Origin: Octopus bimaculoides
Lineage: Eukaryota
Length of the DNA stretch: 45,299 nucleotides
Reading direction: 5' to 3'
Assembly (NCBI RefSeq): GCF_001194135.2
Contig: NC_068984.1
Span: 133,315,437-133,360,735 of the forward strand
The notes beneath the pieces are model-generated. The model saw only the letters and a list, made by a program, of their open reading frames with translations. It was not told the DNA's origin and did not search any database. Shown here piece after piece: positions 36,586 to 45,299 of the stretch; the first letter of the stretch is position 1; every line of letters begins with the position of its first letter. A program made the translations under genes and the position numbers.

Positions 36586-36947
36586 CTGTTGAATGAAAAT
36601 TATCCTAATTCTGTATAAAATTATTATTTGAGACACAATGTGTAAATCATTTGTTATTGATAAACGAGCTTTTTTTTTTTACTTCGTAATACATTATGTT
36701 TCAACAATCCAGAGTAAAAGGAAATAATGCAATGCCATTCCAACTATGACAATACAGCCCATGCCTTTTTAATATATACACAGGCATGGCTGTATGGTTT
36801 AAGAAGTTCATTTCCAATCCATGTGGTTTCAAGTTCAGTCTCACTGCATAGCACACTGAGCAAGTGTTTTGTACAACAGCTTTGGGTAAAACAAAGCCTT
36901 GTGAGTAGATTTGGTAGATAGAAACTGAAAGAATCTTATTATAGGTA

Positions 36948-37005
<58 letters not shown>

Positions 37006-39164
37006 CATATCATTATTACCATCCATTTTCCATGCTGGCATGGGTTGGACTATTTGACAGGAGGTGGTAAGGCTGGGGGCTGCAAAGGGTCCATTGTCTG
37101 TTCTAGGGTGGTATCAACAGCTGAATGACCTTCCTAAATCCAACCACTTTAAAGAGTGTACTACGTGCTTTTTATATGGTACCAGCACCAGTGCTTTTTA
37201 TGGAGCACCAGCACATTTTACATGGGAACCAGCACCAGTGCTTATATATATGTAAGCATGTGTATGTTTGCATGTATACTTGTCTTGATACAATGCAATG
37301 ATTGTAAATGAACATCAATCATGTAAGCAATGTTGTTTGTTTCCAATTTTCCATGCAAAACATGTCTGGCCACAGGAAAATATAACAGGTGAGGGTTGCA
37401 ACAGCAAGTGCATCCAGCCATAGAAAATCAGCCTCAACAGATCCTGTCTAATCCATGCAAGAAAAGTGGATGTTAAATGATGCTATATATATTGTTGTTG
37501 TTCTCTACCCCCACCTTTCTTTTATACTGTCATTTACCACTTTCCCCCTTCTCTTTTTATTGCCCTCATTTTCATGTTTTTATGTGTTCACTGCTTGTTA
37601 GAAATGGGCTTACTAACAAAGTCATTTGCTTGCAGTCTACCACAAAATCATGTCTGGGATTCTTTATTGCTGACAGGGAGCTAAACATAGAGGGGGCAAA
37701 CAAGGACAGACAAAGGGATTAAGTCGATTACATCAACCCCAGTGCGTATCTGGTACTTATTTTATCAACCCCGAAAGGATGAAAGGCAAAGTCGTCCTCG
37801 GAATGTAACGGCAGACAAAATACCACTAAGCATTTCGCCCGATGTGCTAACATTTCTTCCAGCCTTGTTGATATATTGCATGAACTCTGTAAACAAAAGG
37901 CTCATCCATATAGTGTCCTTTGTTTCCAGTTCACTGCATAAAAAGGTCCAGACTGTTTATTGTTTGATAGACTGTGAGATTCTAATTTCACTTGGAAACA
38001 AATGGGGGTTACTGGCAGGAAAGACATCCGGCCATAAAAAAAACTGTCCCAATGTACTCTTGTCTAACTCATGCAAACATGGTAAAGTACACATTAAATG
38101 ATGGTGATGATGATGATGATGACATACAGGAAATGTCAATATACAACATCTGACAGATGTACAATATGAATCTTTTCATTGTACCTTTTCATTTCTAAAT
38201 TTTTTAGAAACCCCTTTACAGATTTATATGTTTTAAACATTAGAGATGACAAGAGTGAGTAAAGAAAATGCTCACAAATTTAATTTTTGTCTTTTTCAAA
38301 TATTCCCCCTTTCTGTGTAACTCTAATCCTAATCCCTAATCATAACCATAAGTCAAAATTTCCCTTACAAGAGTGTAACATCTGCTGTAATGTAGAGAAA
38401 AATGTCAGAAATGGAAAAGTTACGGCTGGTTTATGTGCTCTAAAATGGAGTATAAAGGCTGGCAATAAAGTATTTAAAAACATTAAATTAAAAAGCACTT
38501 TTTTTTTATTTACAACCATACAGAAATTTTTCTTAATGAATATTCTATTCATCACCGCTTAATGTCCACTTTTCCACGCTTGTATAACTCAGATAGAATT
38601 TCTTGAGGGAGAAAATCTACTTCAACAAATTCAGTCTGATCTGTGGTAAAATGGATGTTAAATGATGATAATGAATAGAAAATATTTAAAAAAGGCAGGT
38701 AAGTTTCATACTGTATATTTCTTCCAATATATATTGTTTAAATTACATATAGTTTATACTAAATATATATTAATATCAACAGAGACATAGTTGGGAGTGC
38801 TGAAGAATGTCACTTCATAACCACGTGGTTATGTCTCTATGCTACTTCATTTCAAGTGCTCTACGAAAGTGAAAGTATTTACTTTGTTGGAAGCTGCTGG
38901 TTTCTAGGTCACAAAGCAAGTGTTTTCTTAGGAAAAGGAAACAACTATAAAGAAATGAAAGTAAATTAGCAGACAGCAGTTCTCAACCAGTCTCCATATG
39001 GCCCTTAGGGTTCTATTAAAATTAATGTGCAATAAATTAATTATACTTCTACAATACACAAAATATCTTAATTTTTTTTATACAATCCCTAATAATATTT
39101 CCTTTATAAAAATACAGTAAGATTTCAATCAAGAAAACATTTTACAAGGAAAATACTTTCACAT

Positions 39165-39482
39165 TTTGGCCGTTGCCAGTACCGCCTGACTGGCTCCCAT
39201 AGGATTTTCGAGCGAGATCGTTGCCAGTGCACCTGGACTGGCTTGTGTGGGTGGCACATAAAAGACACCATTTCGAGCGTGGTCGTTTTCGTGCGGGTGA
39301 CACGTAAAAGCACCCACTACACTCTCTGAGTGGTTGGCGTTAGGAAGGGCATCCAGCTGTAGAAACTCTGCCAAATCAGACTGGAGCCTGGTGTTGCCAT
39401 CCGGTTTCACCAGTCCTCAGTCAAATCGTCCAACCCATGCTAGCATGGAAAGCGGACGTTAAACGATGATGATGATGATGAT
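39165..39482 (+). mobile_element. RTE 3'UTR stub (family B), young copy. Others at about 14805-14990, 16460-16640, 17212-17390, 19395-19560, 24670-24880, 26861-27257, 35670-35875, 42620-42872 (+) and 18690-18985, 26068-26370, 27765-28160, 35200-35600, 37010-37240, 40585-40840, 41910-42030 (-)
   Basis: Shared block aaagcacccactacactctc..ggttggcgttaggaagggcatccagctgtagaaactctgcc..ccaacccatgctagcatggaaagcggacgttaaac(gat)n. Confidence 0.8.
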
Positions 39483-39638
39483 GGAACTTGAACATGAAAA
39501 AGTTGTTATTTCTTACTACAAAAATATCATGTTGTTGTACCTTGGGAGCACCATTATGTCAATAATAAACACATACACTGGTTCTATTTCACTTCTTTTA
39601 TTATTACTTGCCAGTTGGTTAGAGATTTAATCAATTAA

Positions 39639-39830
39639 CCCTTTAATATTAAAACTGACTATATCTGGCCCAAATATTCTACCTGTTTTATGGTCAATCT
39701 GGCCAGATCCAGCCTCTCACACCTACCCTACAATGTCATTCAAATAAACAATCACATCATCGAAATCTCAAAGCTACAAGAGATAATGCATAAGCGTGAC
39801 ACTCGACAGAGTAATCTGAATGCTAAAGGG
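39639..39830. mobile_element. piggyBac-type MITE, family 1, internally deleted (192 bp)
   Basis: TTAA|CCCTTTAAT ... AATGCTAAAGGG|TTAA. Confidence 0.8.
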
Positions 39831-40347
39831 TTAACTAATCAGTTGTTTGATTAATCATCCAGACAATCAATCAATTAACCAAGTTTGTCAAAGACTTTTT
39901 TGTCACCATTCACAACCTCAATGACATACACTCACTACTCCTGGTCTCGTAATTGAAAAAACAAAAAAGAACAGTAATTTGAAAGTTTCTGGAAGAGAAG
40001 GAAAATACAAACTAACTAATCTCTTAATCTATGTATAATAAAAAAAAAAACAATAAAGTGAGAAAAGTTCATTATCAATCAGTATTGTTAGTTTGATGTT
40101 CAGAGAAATGGAAAGAGTTAATTATGAAGTTTTGAACATCATCCTTCTTTGGAACAGAGTGTACAGAGAAAAAAGAGTAAGAAAGATGATGGAAACTGAA
40201 AAGAATTTCAATAAAAAGAGCAATCAAGGTGAAAATGCCCAGTCAAAGCTTGTATACAAAGTGTCTGAATAGTATGGCTGTGTGGTTAAGAAGTCTGCTT
40301 CTAAACCATGTAGCCTCAGGTTCAGTCCTACTCTGTCTGTCAGTCTG

Positions 40348-40384
<37 letters not shown>

Positions 40385-42139
40385 GGTGTGTGTGTGTGAT
40401 ACTTTGCACAGGTGTCTTTTAGTATAGCCTCAGACAAGACCAGCCAATTTCTTGTGAGTGACTTCTGTAAAAAGAGATTGTGTGAAGCCTGGCATGTGTG
40501 TGTGTGTGTGCGTGCACATGTGTACACACACACATTCAAAGCCACTGTCAAACACCTCCTTGAAAAACTATATATATATATATATCATCATCATCATTGT
40601 TTAACGTCCGCTTTCTATGCTAGCATGGGTTGGACGATTTGACTGAGGACTGGTGAAACCAGATGGCTACACCAGGCCCCAATCTGATTTGGCAGAGTTT
40701 CTACAGCTGGATGCCCTTCCTAACGCCAACCACTCCGAGAGTGTAGAGGGTGCTTTTACGTGCCACCGGCACGAAGGCCAGTCAGGTGGTACTGGCAACG
40801 GCCACGCTCAAAATGGTGTATTTTACGTGCCACCTGCATATATATGCTCAAAATGTTATACATCCACTCTTTTTTTACATTTGACTTTTGTTGTTTTATT
40901 ATTTTAAATTTACCTATATNNNNNNNNNNNNNNNNNNNNNNNNNNNNNNNNNNNNNNNNNNNNNNNNNNNNNNNNNNNNNNNNNNNNNNNNNNNNNNNNN
41001 NNNNNNNNNNNNNNNNNNNNNNNNNNNNNNNNNNNNNNNNNNNNNNNNNNNNNNNNNNNNNNNNNNNNNNNNNNNNNNNNNNNNNNNNNNNNNNNNNNNN
41101 NNNNNNNNNNNNNNNNNNNNNNNNNNNNNNNNNNNNNNNNNNNNNNNNNNNNNNNNNNNNNNNNNNNNNNNNNNNNNNNNNNNNNNNNNNNNNNNNNNNN
41201 NNNNNNNNNNNNNNNNNNNNNNNNNNNNNNNNNNNNNNNNNNNNNNNNNNNNNNNNNNNNNNNNNNNNNNNNNNNNNNNNNNNNNNNNNNNNNNNNNNNN
41301 NNNNNNNNNNNNNNNNNNNNNNNNNNNNNNNNNNNNNNNNNNNNNNNNNNNNNNNNNNNNNNNNNNNNNNNNNNNNNNNNNNNNNNNNNNNNNNNNNNNN
41401 NNNNNNNCAACCACCTGATGGCTCTCCACTTTGATTTGTCATGCCCACCCCCAGACTCTGTCAACTACACTCACCTCTGCGCCAGTAACATTAATAGCAT
41501 CTCCTTCCTCACATCCGACACTCTCCCCACCCTTGAACCCGGCTCATTCCTATTACCTTCTGGCTTAACACCTTCTCTTCAACAGTCCATCTTACACAAG
41601 CAGAACCTATTTGTGAGTTACTGTGTGAGTGTGTGTAGTGCGTATATTCACATTCTTAGCAGGATATGCTATGTAATACCTACATAAATGACAAAATTGT
41701 ACATTTAACTACACTATACACACACATACACACAAAAACACCAATATTGAGGTTCCCCAATCCTCCAGCTCATCTCTCCTCTTTTCTTTCTCTCCTTTTC
41801 CTCCACTCTCTCTCCCCACTTTCGTTATCAACCAGAGTGTGTCTCCACTTCCAGTTCTGTTACATCATCTTCCAAATTCCTTTTTACACTAACCCTGCAA
41901 TGTAAAAAATTCTGCCAAAACAGTCACAGAAGTCTGGTGCAGGTTTCAGCCTGGCCAGCTCTTGTGGCACCGTCCTACCCATGCTAGCATGGAAGACAGA
42001 CGTTAAACAATGATGATGATGATTATGATATATATATACATCATCAGTCACACATACATAGTGTGTGTTTTGTATAAATGCCCATTTGTTGCAGGGGATA
42101 GCATCCAGGAAAAGCTCCCTGCATGACACCAAGTGTTAA

Positions 42140-42359
42140 CCCTTTAGCATTCAGATTACTCTGTCAAATGTAATGCTTATTTATCCACAATATTTTGAAT
42201 TAATCATGCATTATCTCATAGTCTTGAAATTTTGATAATGTGATTGCATATTTTTAGAATGACATTCTAAGATAGGAGCGAGAGTCCAGATCTGGCCAGT
42301 TTGAACATAAAACTAGTTGAATATTTGGGCTTGATTTGGCTGGTTTGAATACTAAAGGG
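42140..42359. mobile_element. 220-bp piggyBac-type MITE, family 1 (opposite orientation)
   Basis: TTAA|CCCTTTAGCATTCAGATTAC ... AATACTAAAGGG|TCAA. Confidence 0.8.
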
Positions 42360-42569
42360 TCAAAGAACACAGAATGTCTCAGACCACACAAGACAACTTG
42401 CCCAAAGTGATTGAGAAGAGTAGATACTGATATTTTGTCATTATTGTGGCTTATCAATACCATGTACTCAGATTACTTTGAAATGAAATGAATCGCTGGT
42501 CTGAGTGAAGTCTATTTGCTGCTGTGTTGTGGCCTAGCACATGAAAGAAAATTAAATTACGAATTAAAA

Positions 42570-42621
<52 letters not shown>

Positions 42622-43123
42622 CATGTAAAAAACACCATGTTGAGCGTGGCCGTTGCCAGTACCGCGTGACTGCCCCTCATGCTGGTGGCATGTAAAAGCA
42701 CCCACTACACTTTCGGAGTGGTTGGCGTTAGGAAGAGCATCCAGCTGTAGAAACTCTGCCAAATCAGATTGGAGCCTGGTGCAGCCATCCGGTTCACCAA
42801 TCCTAAATCAAATCATCCAACCCATACTAGCATGGAAAGCGGACGTTAAATGATAATGATGATGATGATGATATATATGTGTGTGTGTGTGAGCACATTA
42901 GGAGCAAAACAAGAAAAATGGTACTTGAATACCAAAGGTAAAATGAAATAATATTTTGTTGAAGGTGGAAAAAAAAACTGCACAAGCTGTTACACAAGAG
43001 TTTCACATAACTGCTCATCAGACAGCTGCAAGGTTGTGAGAATTCAGAATATTTTGGCTTCTCACAATTCGATGCAGGCATGGCTTCAGGATTATGTTAT
43101 AGGTTCAGTCCCACTGTATGTAA

Positions 43124-43437
43124 GCACATGGTTCAGTGGCTTGAGCATCGGGCTCACAATCATGAGGTAGTGAATTCAATTCCCGGACCGGGTTGTGTGT
43201 TCTGTTCTTGAGCAAGACACTTGATTTCATGTTGCTCCAGAAATGAGTTGCAATGTCACTAGTGCCAAGCCATATTGGACTTTGCCTTTCTCTTGGATAA
43301 CATCAGTGGTGTGGAGGCTGGTATACATGGACGACTGCTGGTCTTCCAAAAACAACCTTGCCTGGCCTTGTGTGTCAGAGGGTAACTTCCAAGGTGCAAT
43401 CCCATGGCCATTCACGACTGATGGGACTCTTTGCCCT
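43124..43437 (+). mobile_element. tRNA-derived SINE (family D)
   Basis: Colinear with 9568-9900 (cttgagcaagacact..gtgccaagc..cttggataaca..ctgctggtcttcca..aacaaccttgcc). Confidence 0.75.
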
Positions 43438-43441
43438 TTAA

Positions 43442-43661
43442 CCCTTTAGTGCTTAAACCAGCCACATCTGGCCCAGATATTCTACATGTTTTATATTCAA
43501 ACTGGCGATATCTAGCCTCTCACACCTAACCTACATTGACATTCTAAAAATAAACAATCACATCATTGAAACCTCAAAACTATAAAATAATGCATGATTA
43601 ATTCAAAACTATTTGAGTGAAAAAGCATTACATTTAACAGAGTAATCTGGACACGAAAGGG
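43442..43661. mobile_element. 220-bp piggyBac-type MITE, family 1
   Basis: TTAA|CCCTTTAG ... GAAAGGG|TTAA; internal sequence homologous to 34059-34278. Confidence 0.8.
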
Positions 43662-43929
43662 TTAAATATGCAGGTATAGAAGGAATTATAATCTAAGTTG
43701 TGTCCTTATGAAGTTCATCAGCAATACAGCATATTCCATTAATCAAAAATACGTAAATAGATGTTTTATTTCAAATCAGCAGTTCCCAAACTTTATCAGG
43801 CTGCCACCCCCTTGGAACCCAGGCCACATTCCTAGCACTCCCTCACACTTCTCACCACAAATATAAACCACTTTCTGCAGCAAATTCAAAACAACTGTAT
43901 TTCACAAATAAAACTTAATTAACCTATTA

Positions 43930-44532
43930 GGCGTAGGAGTGGCTGTGTGGTAAGTAACTTGCTTACCAACCACATGGTTCTGGGTTCAGTCCCACTCCAT
44001 GACACCTTGGGCAAGTGTCTTCTACTATAGCCTCGAGCCGACCAAAGCCTTGTGAGTGGATTTGGTAGACGGAAACTGAAAGAAGCCCGTCATATATATG
44101 TATGNNNNNNNNNNNNNNNNNNNNNNNNNNNNNNNNNNNNNNNNNNNNNNNNNNNNNNNNNNNNNNNNNNNNNNNNNNNNNNNNNNNNNNNNNNNNNNNN
44201 NNNNNNNNNNNNNNNNNNNNNNNNNNNNNNNNNNNNNNNNNNNNNNNNNNNNNNNNNNNNNNNNNNNNNNNNNNNNNNNNNNNNNNNNNNNNNNNNNNNN
44301 NNNNNNNNNNNNNNNNNNNNNNNNNNNNNNNNNNNNNNNNNNNNNNNNNNNNCCAACATCACTTGACAACCGATGCTGGTGTGTTTACGTCCCCGTAACT
44401 TAGCGGTTCGGCTAAAGAGACTGATAGAATAAGCACTAGGCTTACAAAGAATAAGTCCTGGGGCTGGTTAGCTCGACTAAAAGGCGGTGCTCCAGCATGA
44501 CCACAGTCAAATGAATGAAACAAATAAAAGAG
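43930..44532 (+). mobile_element. SINE family A, full length, N-gap in its internal microsatellite
   Basis: Both halves match 20614-20995. Confidence 0.85.
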
Positions 44533-45063
44533 TCTGAGAAATTACAGATAAAAGATCTCATACACGTTTTCTATGTGTATATACCTCTTATGAACTCATA
44601 CTATGATTATTAATATTTATATTCATATTATTAATGTTTATATTCATAATGTATTTCCTATACTGTAATGAAACACATGTAACATGAAATTAAAAATATA
44701 GCAAATTTTCCAGTCTTTATGTTAATATGCACGCAGGTATATATATATATACATGCATGCATATATATATGTGTGCATTTGTGTGAGTGAATTTCTACAT
44801 CACCTCATTTTTATGCATGGTTGTTGACTGTAAACAAAAGGTTCATTCAAATGTTGTTTCTTTCCAGTTCCCTGCACAACAATGTTTTGTGCGGTTCATT
44901 GTTGGATAGATTGGATAGACAGGAGAGATTATTACCTTACTTGGAAAAGGGTAAGGGTTGTAATAAGGGAGAATATCCAGCCATAAAAAAAGCTCTATAT
45001 TCTCATCTGACCAATGCAAGCATGGAAAACAGGACATTAAAACAATGATATATACATACATAT

Positions 45064-45108
<45 letters not shown>

Positions 45109-45299
45109 TATGAAGGGTATTGGATTCAACCAAACCCAAAGATACAGGTAATACTGAGTAAGTGCTGTATACCGGCTAGTTTTGCCCCTTCCGTTGTATA
45201 AACAGGATTGGGGAATATAACATAGGTCGTGTATTAGCGTGTGTATGTATAAAGAGAGAAAGGGATTAAGAGACCAATGGCAAAGTCAGAAATTTTATC

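Noticed and set aside
41407-41650. GC-richer 89-aa ORF next to a gap
   Set aside because: No recognisable domain; probably a fragment of an unidentified repeat.
39125-42853. Recurrent ORFs such as MKPDGNTRLQSDLAEFLQLDALPNANHSES and TTLSEWLALGRASSCRN
   Set aside because: Chance reading frames of the family B repeat; they recur wherever the repeat does.
4968-43200. tRNA-like sequences at 4968, 7828-7900, 9568, 10665, 23290 and 43124
   Set aside because: They are SINE heads: no complete acceptor stem, and they continue into repeat bodies.
2956-44403. Long ORFs in the track containing X-runs
   Set aside because: They are open only because N-gaps contain no stops. The exceptions are the RTE (22421-22790) and CR1 (31213 onward) portions.

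Overview
This is AT-rich, microsatellite- and repeat-dense eukaryotic DNA from a gapped draft assembly. The repeat families look like those of a coleoid cephalopod, probably Octopus (inference from recognition, not a search). The only host gene I can support is the 5' part of an APLF-like gene (aprataxin and PNKP-like factor) on the minus strand. It has a clear 72-nt FHA-domain exon (6901-6972), the 3' end of a probable next exon running into an N-gap (2964-2979), and a Lys/Glu/Asp-rich exon (1735-1910). The first coding exon was not found, and the rest of the gene lies beyond position 1. Most of the remainder is transposon-derived: RTE and CR1-like LINE fragments, many RTE 3'-UTR stubs with (GAT)n tails, at least five tRNA-headed SINE families, two TTAA/piggyBac-type MITE families, a Tc1/mariner MITE and hAT-like ends. 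The most unusual object is a 249-bp tRNA-headed element with an 11-bp target-site duplication (7655-7903, minus). Its 3' part folds as a minimal Penelope-type hammerhead ribozyme with one core substitution. Almost all ORFs in the supplied track are artefacts of N-runs, microsatellites or repeats. Repeat boundaries are approximate unless a TSD or TIR is quoted.
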